NCBI GenBank assembly: GCA_965218425.1
Contig: OZ244621.1
Span: 3,424,001 to 3,488,000, forward strand
Length of the DNA: 64,000 bases
Reading direction: 5' to 3'
DNA from: an uncultured Candidatus Binatia bacterium
GTDB taxonomy: Bacteria > Desulfobacterota > Binatia > UBA9968 > CAXXLF01
This document shows, in pieces, positions 40,739 to 50,199 of this stretch. The notes beneath the pieces are model-generated. The model did no database searches and was not told the origin of the DNA. It saw only the letters and a list, made by a program, of their open reading frames with translations. How positions within the stretch are numbered: the stretch's first letter is position 1; every line of letters begins with the position of its first letter. The position numbers were made by a program, and so were the translations under genes.

Positions 40739-40921
40739 GCCGAGATTACAGTAAGCGTGAATTTATTTAGGCTCGCGGCACTTGATGACGCTATTGATAA
40801 ATTGATGTGTGTTAGCGATGATCCCCACGGAGATACCAAATGGAACCAGGTTTCCAGCACCAAAAGATGGTCTGCCGGTTTTGGCTATTTTAAGGCTTCC
40901 AAGTGATTAAGGGGGTGCGTC

Positions 40922-41434
40922 GTGCAACGTAGCGTGATCTTTTTCTTGACCCAATTGGTTGTTATGCCATTGGCAGCGTCTGCTCCGAACCTCATAGCAG
41001 TCCCTGTCGCCGCCGCGGAGGATTTCCCCAGCAAGTCGATCTCCTGGCTTGTCCCCTATGCCCCTGGCGGCGGGTTCGACTTGCACAGTCGGGCTGTGGT
41101 TCGGGGCTTGAAAAAACGGCTTGGTGTTTCCGTCATTATCAAGAACGTGCCCGGTGCGGGTGGCAACATCGGCTGGAATCTTTTGTGGAAGGCCAAGCCC
41201 GATGGCCATACCCTAGCCATCGTCAATATCCCTGGTGCTATCGTTTCGGAACTCTACGGCAAGCCCAAGCCACGGTACCGCCTACGGAAGTTTTCCCGGG
41301 TAGGGCGCATTTCCGCGGCACCCTACATCTGGGCGGCTGGCGCCAAAACCCTATATCGCGCACTAGAGGATCTGCAGAAGGCTAAGGAAGTCTTGATCGC
41401 CGGAGTGGGGGTAGGCGGGACAGCATGGGCGACC
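40922..41434 (+). pseudogene. tctC: TctC/Bug-family protein, 3'-truncated
   Basis: FPSKSISWLVPYAPGGGFD..SR, IKNVPGAGG.IG, AKPDGHTL; similarity stops after about 170 aa, where it runs into the antisense of the neighbouring gene. Confidence 0.8.
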
Positions 41435-42350
41435 GCTCCGGCGGCTGCAACTTGGATACCCGCGCCCGTGTTGCTCTTGTAGTAAATAAGCTGCTGCTCG
41501 GTGCTGCGCCCAGGTAGTTTTCCAATGAGAACCTCACCAAGCTCGCACACCTTCTCCCATCCGATTTTTCCTCCTTCTGTAAGGTCTAAGGGCTCCCTCT
41601 GCTGATTTTGAATCGCAGTCTCTTTGTCATTCAGTACAATAAGGTCGCTGGGCATGAACGTGGTGGCATCGGCTTTGGTACCCCATCAGTATTGGCGAGG
41701 GTGGCAACCAACTGGCCAGGCTCCAGCCAGTTACCATCAAGGATCGGTTGGCTTGAGAAAGACTGGTTGAACCTCCACCCTTAGTAACTCGCTCATCTCC
41801 CGAGCAAACGTTTCCTGATGTTCGTGTCTAGGGCTAAAAACCTCAACGTGCTCCACTTTACGAACGCAACAGATAGCCTCTAGATTATGACGTGCCTCAT
41901 TTCCCGAACCAAAAAGACCAACCACCCTCGCATCCTTCTTGGACAAGACCTGATGGGCAACGGCTGTGGTGGCCCCGCCCTCAGCGCGGATAGACTAAAG
42001 TCATGGATCAGGGCCAAGGGCTCTCCGGTTTTCAGACTAAAGAGAATGACAAATCCTCAGCTCCGCTTGCTTGGGGAAGGAAATTCCATTCTCCTGCTTC
42101 CCGAAACCATGCGCTCCTGGACAATCGTTGAGTCATAGCGCAGCGCGGCCATTCCCGAGCTAGGCACCGCCCCCGAGATGATATTAGCTATATAACCTTG
42201 CTCAAGAAGATCCGGCGGAACTTTATACCTCACGCGGGGTCGGTTCACGGCGGTCCCTTTGGCCGCTTCTCTAAAGACACGTTCCATAGCCTCGATGCAA
42301 TTACGTATCTGAAGAACCCGCCTTACCTCTGCATCAGTAATCAAGAGCAT
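41430..42350 (-). pseudogene. Ornithine cyclodeaminase/mu-crystallin-family pseudogene
   Basis: Fragments MLLITDAEVRR..., LFSLKTGEPLAL...LSALRAGA, VGLFGSGNEAR, ELGEVL.GK.PGR....IYYKSNTG.GIQ; in-frame TGA at 42057-42059, frameshift at about 41975, further breaks, 3' end lost. Confidence 0.82.
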
Positions 42351-42650
42351 GGATTGACTACCTTCTCCTAAGCTCACTCTCTCACAAAAGTCCTCTCATG
42401 ATTTGAAGCGATCTCTGTGTAGCGGTCAAATTAGGTGTCGTTGAATCAAAGGCTTGGGTGCCATGACAGGATCGTAAAAAAAGAGCTCACGATAAGTCAA
42501 TACGAATGCCTGACCTTCTGGCTCCCCTGACGAAGGACCTAGTCTTTGAGATGAGATTTAACGCAGGGTCGAACCCCAAGGAGGAACACGAGCCGGTCTT
42601 TTAAGGCTCTTCCTAGTGTGAGCTGTTCGGCCAGCGGAAGCCCGCCGCCG

Positions 42651-43496
42651 TCAGTTTGAGGACTGAAGTCTGATGACCGTCTCGAGGGTTGGTCCAGTTA
42701 AGAGAGGTCTTAACAGCTCCTCGCGCAACGCTGCCTCCCAGGAACGGTTGCCATCAGGCTCCCACTGATACGAGAGATTTCGAATCTGTCCCGATCCCGT
42801 GAAACGGGGTAGCAGGCTCAGGGCGCCAGCCAGTACCTTCTCGTGACGGTCTTGGTCGCCTGGAGGGCCGAAAGTTCGACCGGCAGGATAATCAACAAAG
42901 ACGGCCCGTGGCGAACGAACCTTTACCATTATGTCTCGTACAGTACCGATCACTAAAGTTGGAATACCCAGCGCCTCAATGCCATTGGCGAGGAGACCAA
43001 CGGTCTCGTGGCAATACGGTCAGAAGGGTGTCAACACCGCCAAGTTTACTTCTTGTTGTATTAATTCACGGACCACGCCATGCGCGAGGTCGTTTTCAAC
43101 TCCATGGTGGTTTCGCGTACCGCCTACGAACGAGAAATGAGTCGTGGCAACACTGCCGACCACTCCTTGTTCCGCAAGAGTTTTCAGGGCAGACCTCGGA
43201 AAGACAATTTCCGGGTCATGGCGAGTATGAGTTCCCAGGGGTGATCTGTGATCCATAACGAGATCAGCGGAGTGTGGCTCGGCAGGAATTGTCCGATAGG
43301 TCGCGTCGTCGGGAGGGACAAAGGGCGGTTGGTCCACTGTTCGTACTGCAGCGCTGGTCAGAAGCGCTATTTTTGCCGACGCTAGCGGAGGAACCATGGG
43401 CTGCCACGCACTTCGCGAAGGACGAACCAGTTTCAGTTTGCGCGCCGGCTTCGGAGCAGCTTTCTCAACAAAGACGGGCAGGTAATTAAATGGCAT
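42651..43496 (-). CDS. prdB: Selenoprotein of the D-proline/glycine/sarcosine/betaine reductase B family (PrdB-like), 281 aa, Sec at UGA 43020-43022
   Basis: Read-through of the TGA gives ...VNLAVLTPF-U-PYCHETVGLLANGIEALGIPT...SPRAVFVDYPAG, matching the PrdB core 'LTAG-U-GTCHRS....RAIEE.GIPT'; upstream IALLTSA, D.TYR.IP, D...VFP...L..LAE.G, HFSFVG also fit. The symbol marks the family, not proven orthology. Confidence 0.85.
42993..43007 (-). promoter_or_regulatory. Putative bacterial SECIS hairpin
   Basis: mRNA UGA-CCGUAUUGCCAC-GAGACC-GUU-GGUCUC: perfect 6-bp stem, loop starting GU, 18 nt after the UGA. Confidence 0.7.
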
Positions 43497-43527
43497 AAGT
43501 CAATTCCACCTTTGCGTTGGTACCCTG

Positions 43528-44685
43528 CTAGCCAGCGTCAAAGCGCCGGTAACAGAGCAAAGCATTGTCCCACACGAGCTTTCGTTTTTGCTCCTCTGGA
43601 ATCGACCATCCCAAAAAAATCTCCACTGACTTGGGGAACCAGGTCTCCAGGTGGGGAAAATCGGAAGCATACATCAAGGTGGTTTCACCCACAAGATCAG
43701 TAATGCCTCGAAGCGATTGTTCTCCCTCGTACAACTGGATGGTTTGAAAGTACTGTGGACTGCGAATATACTCACTGGGCAACCGATTCAAGGGCTGGAT
43801 GTAATCTTTGCACATTATCGCATGCTCATCTAGACGTGAGGCCCAGCTGTGTAACCACCCATGCCCGCACTCAAACGCAGCCATACGCAACCTAGGATAC
43901 CGATCCAGTACGCCCGCTCCGATCAGTGCGGCTAGGTTCCGCTGAGCGTTCCACATGTGGGCAGCGGATCTCTGCAGGAACATGTTTTCCCAGTTATCAT
44001 ACAGCCCTGGAGGATCGGGGGAGCCCATAGTGAAGGAATGAATGATCACTGTGAGGTCATACTCCTGTGCAGCGGCCCATAGCGGCTCCCACTCTGGACG
44101 ATCCAACGGCATTTTTCCAGAACAAACCGGAAAAACACCGACCGGCCATGGTTCTTTGGCACAACGGCGCAACTCGGTCAAAGAGGCGTCTACGTTACGT
44201 CCCGAAGCCAGAATGACACTTTTCAGCCGATGCGGATACGGGTCACAATAATCCTTCATAAATCGGTGAAAGGCTTCGTACATAAATAACTCTAATTCCA
44301 CATTGTCCATGGAGCTAAAGTTCGGGGTGGTCCCGGACGGAAAGATCACGTTTACGTCAACGCCCTCAATATCCATGTCCTGAATCCGCACGTGTGGATC
44401 AGAGTGGAGGAGCTTATTCGGATACGGGGGCCCGTACTTGAGTCCACCCCAGTCGACACCGCCCAAGGGTCCACTTGTTTTAATATAATCATGACTTCCC
44501 AGGCGGCGGTTTAGAACCGGTTTTTTGTCGAGAAGATACTGAAAAGTAGCACCTTTCCGCTCAAGTAAAGGTGCGGCCTCGTCAAACGTGGTACGGGCCT
44601 TCGATGAGAGATATTCTTTCATTTTGTCCAAAGGTTCAGCCACATGTGTATCTGCATCGAAGATTCGATATCCATCACGAGCCAT
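43528..44685 (-). CDS. Amidohydrolase_2-family protein
   Basis: IFDADTH, DMDIEGVD..VIFP, PLWAAAQEYDL.VIIH, FECG, YASDFPH, KLVWDNA. Confidence 0.87.
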   Translation of the reverse strand: MARDGYRIFDADTHVAEPLDKMKEYLSSKARTTFDEAAPLLERKGATFQYLLDKKPVLNRRLGSHDYIKTSGPLGGVDWGGLKYGPPYPNKLLHSDPHVRIQDMDIEGVDVNVIFPSGTTPNFSSMDNVELELFMYEAFHRFMKDYCDPYPHRLKSVILASGRNVDASLTELRRCAKEPWPVGVFPVCSGKMPLDRPEWEPLWAAAQEYDLTVIIHSFTMGSPDPPGLYDNWENMFLQRSAAHMWNAQRNLAALIGAGVLDRYPRLRMAAFECGHGWLHSWASRLDEHAIMCKDYIQPLNRLPSEYIRSPQYFQTIQLYEGEQSLRGITDLVGETTLMYASDFPHLETWFPKSVEIFLGWSIPEEQKRKLVWDNALLCYRRFDAG

Positions 44686-44759
44686 TTGCTACCTCCCTTT
44701 TTCCGGCGCGAATCGCAAAAGAAATAACTGCCGGGCTCAACGGCCCGCCTCCGGTCATT

Positions 44760-46424
44760 CTAGCTCCACGGCAGGGCATGCAACGCTTCAATGTCGCTAA
44801 CGACGTCCAGCACAACAGGCCTGCCTGCATGGAAGGCCTGCTCTAATGCAGGCCTCAGCTCATTCGGCCTTTCCACTCGGATGCCGACACAGCCCATGGC
44901 TTCTGCTACTCTTGCGATGTTGATGTCCTCGAAAACCCACATGTTACGGCCTCTACCCTGCATGTCCCCACCATAAGCCGCATGGAGCAGTCGTTGCTCC
45001 TGGTTCATCGAACGGTTGTTGTTCACCAAAACTACCACGTTGATACCGAAGCGAACGGCAGTTTCCAGTTCGGCCATGTGGTAATAGAAACCGCCGTCCC
45101 CGGTGAAGCACAAAACGGGTCTGTCAGGCAGAGCACATTTTACTCCGAGAGATCCGGGAAAACCCCAACCCAGCGTTCCCGCACATCGTATGTACCTTTG
45201 ACCGGGATGTTTCAGTTCCACCAGGGTCCCCGTCCAGATCGCAGCGTGTCCAGTGTCCGCTACCAGTACGGCATCAGATGGCAAAAACTCCGTGACCTCC
45301 TTGCAAATCCGCTCCGGTCTCAGCGGCACGGCCTCAGAGGTGAGCATCGGGGTCACTTCGCGACGCCATTCGCTGACCCGTTGTTGCACCCATGCAAGCC
45401 AGTCTGTTCTTGACGAAACCGGTTCAACGGAATCAATCAGGTGCTGTAGCGTCACCTTGGCGTCCCCCAACAGACCTACTTTGACAGGATAACTCCTCCC
45501 AATTTCGCTGGGGTCGATATCCAGTTGTACGATCGGGGTGTTCATGCGGGGAACCTTCCAATTAAATGTAACCTGACTTCCCGTATGGCTACCAATAAAA
45601 AAAACTAGGTCCCCCTCCGCCACAACCCGGTTGGCACACGAGCGGGAATAGGTTCCAACCAAACCCACTGATAAGGTATGGTCTTCGGGGATGCTCCCTT
45701 TGCCGTTCAGAGACGTAGCCACCGGGATAGACAGTTTCTCTGCTAGAGCCACCACCTCCGGGGCTGCCTGGGAGGCGACTACGCCGCCTCCCACGACCAT
45801 GACCGGTCTTTGAGCTTGAGCAAGGATTTTGGCCGCCTCTCGTACCTGCTTGGCCGATGGCTCAGTTCTGAAAGCCGGGCACTTCAAGAACTGATCTTCA
45901 ACAACAAGCTCTAGGTTAGCTTCATCGTTCAGCACCTGACCGTGACGTCCTCTCATCTGCAGGTGCACTGGCCCGGGTGCACCGCTGGTGGCGGTTCGAA
46001 ACGCCTGCCGCAGAAGATCCGGCAGTCGCTCTACTCTGTCGAGCTTCACATTCAACTTGGTTGTGGAATCAAACTGGGAGAAATCTTCAATCTCCTGATA
46101 GACATGGCGATATCTCTGAGGATCCTGGCCACCGGTAATGGCAATCACAGGAGAGCAGGCCATGTAGGCATCCCTCAGTCCCGCTGCCAGATTCGAGGCT
46201 CCGCCATTCTGGGCCAGGCATATCCCAGGTCCACCTGAAGCCCGAGCGTAGCCGTCAGCCATGTAGGCCGCAGCTTTTTCGCCGTGCGTGGTGACCCGCG
46301 TTATATTCATACCCTCCATCTTCGCCATGGTTGGGAGCATGACTGACGGCACAAAGAACACGTGGGTAATACCGGCCGCTTTTATGGCGTCAGCAAAAAA
46401 CTGAGAACCGGTCACTGCGGGCAT
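44760..46424 (-). CDS. ThDP-dependent enzyme (acetolactate synthase-like superfamily), copy 1
   Basis: GEKAAAYMADGYARA, PGPVHL, TGDGGF...NN ThDP motif. Confidence 0.9.
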   Translation of the reverse strand: MPAVTGSQFFADAIKAAGITHVFFVPSVMLPTMAKMEGMNITRVTTHGEKAAAYMADGYARASGGPGICLAQNGGASNLAAGLRDAYMACSPVIAITGGQDPQRYRHVYQEIEDFSQFDSTTKLNVKLDRVERLPDLLRQAFRTATSGAPGPVHLQMRGRHGQVLNDEANLELVVEDQFLKCPAFRTEPSAKQVREAAKILAQAQRPVMVVGGGVVASQAAPEVVALAEKLSIPVATSLNGKGSIPEDHTLSVGLVGTYSRSCANRVVAEGDLVFFIGSHTGSQVTFNWKVPRMNTPIVQLDIDPSEIGRSYPVKVGLLGDAKVTLQHLIDSVEPVSSRTDWLAWVQQRVSEWRREVTPMLTSEAVPLRPERICKEVTEFLPSDAVLVADTGHAAIWTGTLVELKHPGQRYIRCAGTLGWGFPGSLGVKCALPDRPVLCFTGDGGFYYHMAELETAVRFGINVVVLVNNNRSMNQEQRLLHAAYGGDMQGRGRNMWVFEDINIARVAEAMGCVGIRVERPNELRPALEQAFHAGRPVVLDVVSDIEALHALPWS

Positions 46425-46444
46425 AGTGAAACTCTTCGAGTGAT

Positions 46445-46882
46445 CTAGCCGACCTTTGTCTTTGCCGTTTCCTGCGGAGCATCAACCCGCTTTATTTCAA
46501 CTCGAAGATTGACACCGTCTAACGGCTCACGAAAAGGCATCCATTCCCAACCTTCCGTACTCACGTCCATGCGATTGCCGTCGGGATCTGTGACTGAATA
46601 CTCGGCCTGGCCGGCAGGTCTTTTTTCAAGCTTGAAGCCGAGGCCTTTCAAGTGATCAACGTCATCTCCGTCGACATGTAAGCCAAAATGGAAAAGCCCC
46701 ATCTTCACATCAGCCCCCGGCTTTTTCTCGATGATCGCCAAGTTAAAGTATCCGTCTGAAAGAAAGGTCGCCGAGCTCTCGGGTTGACCCATCGTTTCCT
46801 TCATTCGGAACGTTTTTTTGTAAAATTCCACCAACCGCGCCTTATCGGGCGTAACGACTGCCAAATGACGAAGTCGAGCCAT
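46445..46882 (-). CDS. VOC/glyoxalase-family protein
   Basis: RLRHLAV, FY...F, LSDGYFNLAI, HFGLHVD, DPDGNRMDVS. Confidence 0.85.
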   Translation of the reverse strand: MARLRHLAVVTPDKARLVEFYKKTFRMKETMGQPESSATFLSDGYFNLAIIEKKPGADVKMGLFHFGLHVDGDDVDHLKGLGFKLEKRPAGQAEYSVTDPDGNRMDVSTEGWEWMPFREPLDGVNLRVEIKRVDAPQETAKTKVG

Positions 46883-47123
46883 AGAAATACCCTCCTTTTG
46901 GTTAATTGATTAATGCATCACAAAGAGAACAGCGTCGTAGTATCACACGGAATTTATTGTGTCAAGGTCCAATGGCCCTAAGGCTCGTGTCGGAGTAGCG
47001 ACCGAGGGACATAGTGATGATGAATACCTATGGCGCGTCTGTTGGCTTGGGTTTATTGCTGTCTTCCATGCACAAAGATCCTCGTTAGCTACTGTCATCC
47101 GAGACGGCACGCTTTGACAGATT

Positions 47124-48794
47124 TCAACTTGACTCCCAGGCGCGCGGATACAAGGCGTCGATGGCGCTCGCAACATCGATCACTGCTGGTTTCCCTGCCG
47201 CGAAGGCCTTTTCGAGAGCACCTGCCAGCTCATTCGGCCTTTCCACTCGTATGCCGACGCAGCCCATGGCTTCTGCGATTTTGGCCAGGTTCACTTCCTT
47301 AAACACCCACATTTCATTCGCTTTACCGCGCATTTCACCGCCGTAGGCGGCATTGATCAACCGCTGCTCCTGGTTTAGTGAATGGTTGTCGTTTACTACG
47401 ACAACAATGTTTACGCCAAATCGAGCTGCCGTTTCCAACTCAGCCATATGGTAGTAGAAACCACCGTCGCCGGTGAAGCAGAGGACAGGCCTGTCTGGAA
47501 GAGCGCACTTTACCCCGATCGATGCTGGGAAAGCCCAACCTAGCGACCCAGCACACCGTATATAGGTCTGACCGGGGTGCTTCAGATCAACCAAGGCCCC
47601 CGTCCAAAAAGCCGAATGTCCTGTGTCCGCTACAAGGACGGCATTTGCGGGCAAGAACCTCGTGACCTCCTGAGAGATGCGTTCCGGTCTTATGGGTACA
47701 GCTTCGGAATTGAGCATCGGGGTCATTTCTTCGCGCCACTCGTGCACGGCTTGCTGCGCTCGACGCGACCACTCCGACCCTGATAGACCTGGCCCAACGG
47801 CTTCTGTCAGGCGGTTAAGGGTCGCCATCGCGTCGCCTACCAAACCTACTCTCGTAGGATAATTTCTCCCTATTTCCTCGGGGTTTATGTCCAATTGAAT
47901 CGTAGGCGTCCCCGGGCGGGGAATCTTCCAGTTATTCGTGACTTGGCTTCCAGTATGGCTCCCGATGAAAAAGACCAGGTCTGCTTCCCAAACAACCTTC
48001 TGTGCGCAGGCCCGAGAGTAGGTCCCAATGACTCCTACCGATAGGTCGTGACTATCGGGAATCGACCCCTTGCCATTGAGTGAGGTTGCCACAGGTATCG
48101 AAAGCTTTTCCGCTAGCCTCACAACTTGCCCGGCTGCCTGCGATGCAATCACTCCTCCTCCCGCCACGATCACGGGTTTCTCGGCGCGAGACAACAGTTT
48201 CGCGGCTTCTCGAAGCGGACCCGGTTCCGGCTCAGGTCGGAAGGCAGGATAGCTTAAAAACCGTTCTTCAACGATTTTTTCGAGGTTGTCCTCCTCGTCG
48301 AGTACTTGCCCGTGCGACCCACGCAACCGCAGGTGAACCGGTCCTGGGGATCCGGTGGTCGCCGCCCGAACCGCCTGTCGGAGCAAATCAGGTAAGCGGT
48401 CCACTTTGTCCACCTCGGCATTAAATTTCGTGACACAGTCAAACATGGAAAAGTCTTCGACCTGCTGGTAAGGATTTCCATAGCGTGAAGTGGGATCCGG
48501 ACCTCCGGTAATGGCGATGACAGGAGAGCCGGCCATGTAGGCATCCCGCAGGCCTGCGGCAAGATTCGATGCACCAATGTTTTGGGCCAGGCATGTGGCG
48601 ATCTTATGCGAGGCGCGCGCGTACCCATCGGCCATGTAGGCGGCCGCCTTCTCCCCGTGGGTTGTCACGCGCCTTATATCTAGATCCTCCATTTCTGCCA
48701 TTGCTTTCATCAGGATGGTAGGTACAAAGAAAACATGTGCGCCCCATGCTCTCATGGTTTCAGCAAAAAATCGCGAACCTGTCATGACCGCCAT
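47124..48794 (-). CDS. ThDP-dependent enzyme (acetolactate synthase-like), copy 2
   Basis: Same motifs as, and collinear with, 44760-46424. Confidence 0.9.
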   Translation of the reverse strand: MAVMTGSRFFAETMRAWGAHVFFVPTILMKAMAEMEDLDIRRVTTHGEKAAAYMADGYARASHKIATCLAQNIGASNLAAGLRDAYMAGSPVIAITGGPDPTSRYGNPYQQVEDFSMFDCVTKFNAEVDKVDRLPDLLRQAVRAATTGSPGPVHLRLRGSHGQVLDEEDNLEKIVEERFLSYPAFRPEPEPGPLREAAKLLSRAEKPVIVAGGGVIASQAAGQVVRLAEKLSIPVATSLNGKGSIPDSHDLSVGVIGTYSRACAQKVVWEADLVFFIGSHTGSQVTNNWKIPRPGTPTIQLDINPEEIGRNYPTRVGLVGDAMATLNRLTEAVGPGLSGSEWSRRAQQAVHEWREEMTPMLNSEAVPIRPERISQEVTRFLPANAVLVADTGHSAFWTGALVDLKHPGQTYIRCAGSLGWAFPASIGVKCALPDRPVLCFTGDGGFYYHMAELETAARFGVNIVVVVNDNHSLNQEQRLINAAYGGEMRGKANEMWVFKEVNLAKIAEAMGCVGIRVERPNELAGALEKAFAAGKPAVIDVASAIDALYPRAWESS

Positions 48795-48866
48795 AATATC
48801 GCCCCCCCGTGACTACTGCAGTGAAGTGCTATCGTCCATTTTTTTCACACATGCTCAATAAGCCTC

Positions 48867-48895
48867 TTGACTAGGATCTGCCCTCACGATATTAT
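48867..48895 (+). promoter_or_regulatory. sigma70 promoter for the ABC operon at 49016
   Basis: TTGACT (48867-48872)-N17-TATTAT (48890-48895). Confidence 0.65.
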
Positions 48896-48917
48896 CGCCG
48901 ATGCTATATCGTGAGGG
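48881..48917. repeat. Perfect 12-bp inverted repeat, putative operator
   Basis: CCCTCACGATAT (48881-48892), 13-nt spacer, ATATCGTGAGGG (48906-48917). Confidence 0.7.
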
Positions 48918-48929
48918 GCGTGGGGTCAA
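48901..48929 (-). promoter_or_regulatory. sigma70 promoter for the ThDP-enzyme operon
   Basis: Minus strand TTGACC (48929-48924)-N17-TAGCAT (48906-48901). Confidence 0.55.
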
Positions 48930-49015
48930 TAGATAATCTGGGCAGCAAAGATCTCAAAGATCAACGGATGGCTAGTCTTATGGATGAAGGCTAGCGCTTT
49001 GAAGGGAGGATTCAG

Positions 49016-50155
49016 ATGAATGCAGGATCGAAACTCTTGGCAATCGTGCTAGCAGTTCTATTTTTAGCGGTCTCCACGACACCGGTTCTAGCCGGTCCTC
49101 AAAGCAAGCAGCTTCTCCAGGATCTTATTGCGAAAGCAAATAAAGAAGGAAGCCTGGACGTGACTTTTCTTTCCAGTGCCGCCAAGGCTGGGCCCAGAGT
49201 CATCCAGGCTTTCAAACAGAGATTCGGGCTTGAAATCGATGTAAACCTCAATACGACAAGCAGTGGACCCCGCTCATTCTCAAAGGTTCGCGCCGCCTTG
49301 AAGTTAGGCGGTCAGTCACCCTTTGATACCCTGGACGGCCCGGAGAACAGCCACGCAGAGCTGATTGGAGGCGGGTTTGCGAGAAAGATCGAGAACTGGA
49401 AGGAGCTCCTGGCTGAGGTAAACCCGCTCGTAGGATCTGGAAAGGTTAAGCCAGAACAGGTAAGTCCTCCCCCCTTCGACGGATATAGCTTCATGTATGC
49501 TAACCGAACGAAGTCACTCATTTACAACACTAAACTCATCTCAAAAAATGAGGTCCCGCAGTCTCGCGCAGATATCGCAAATCCAAAGTACAAAGGCATG
49601 TATGCAGTGCCGCCCTGGACCACCGCTTGGCAGTTCGGGGTCCTTTTCTATCCCAAAAAAAAATGGCTCGAGATTGTCAATCAGATCGGCAAAAATGCCT
49701 GCTGCGTACTTCGCTATAATGCAAGCCTCAACCGGATGCTTGTTGGACAGCTGGCATTGACCCCGAGCAACACGTATTACGTTTGGGAGGTCAAGGCGAA
49801 GGACGCCAATGCCCCACTCACATACCAGTGGTTTTCCGACTATACGGCCATGTCACAAGTATTATACGTTGTGCCCAGGAAATCACAGCACCCGGCCGCT
49901 GCTACACTCTTTGCCATGTGGATGACGACGCCTGAAGCGGAGGCAATCTGGCAACCGGCCAGTTTTCATCCCAATATCGTATTTGGACAGAGCGAACTTG
50001 ACAGAAAGGCCAGGGAGTCATTGAAGAAGAGCGGAAGCCCAGTCGTTTCCTGGTTTGATAACAAAAAAACGAGTGAGACGTTGAAGTGGTATGGCACCAA
50101 AGCAGGGAGAAAGTATCGGGGGGCCATTGTCAAGAACTTAACTCAGCGGAAATAG
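49016..50155 (+). CDS. ABC substrate-binding protein (Fe3+/thiamine-type cluster)
   Basis: Signal peptide (VLA), AKANKEG, YNTKLI, ANPKYKG, SQHPAAATLFAMW. Confidence 0.85.
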   Translation: MNAGSKLLAIVLAVLFLAVSTTPVLAGPQSKQLLQDLIAKANKEGSLDVTFLSSAAKAGPRVIQAFKQRFGLEIDVNLNTTSSGPRSFSKVRAALKLGGQSPFDTLDGPENSHAELIGGGFARKIENWKELLAEVNPLVGSGKVKPEQVSPPPFDGYSFMYANRTKSLIYNTKLISKNEVPQSRADIANPKYKGMYAVPPWTTAWQFGVLFYPKKKWLEIVNQIGKNACCVLRYNASLNRMLVGQLALTPSNTYYVWEVKAKDANAPLTYQWFSDYTAMSQVLYVVPRKSQHPAAATLFAMWMTTPEAEAIWQPASFHPNIVFGQSELDRKARESLKKSGSPVVSWFDNKKTSETLKWYGTKAGRKYRGAIVKNLTQRK

Positions 50156-50199
50156 CCGGCCGAAGTCCAGGTTCCACTTCATGCGCATGAGTTAGTTAG

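Noticed and set aside
42057..42059. Second in-frame TGA (cyclodeaminase gene) as possible selenocysteine
   Set aside because: Context KRS*GFVILF suggests Trp (TGG to TGA); no Cys-type motif or obvious hairpin follows, and the gene has other frameshifts, so it is a nonsense mutation.
42560..42585. GGGGTTCGACCC on the minus strand resembling a tRNA T-arm (tRNA-Sec near the selenoprotein?)
   Set aside because: I could not build acceptor, D or anticodon stems, or a CCA end, around it.
44760..48794. Calling the ThDP enzymes biosynthetic acetolactate synthase (ilvB) or Xsc
   Set aside because: No small regulatory subunit or ilv genes are nearby and no diagnostic Xsc context is seen; only the superfamily is supportable.
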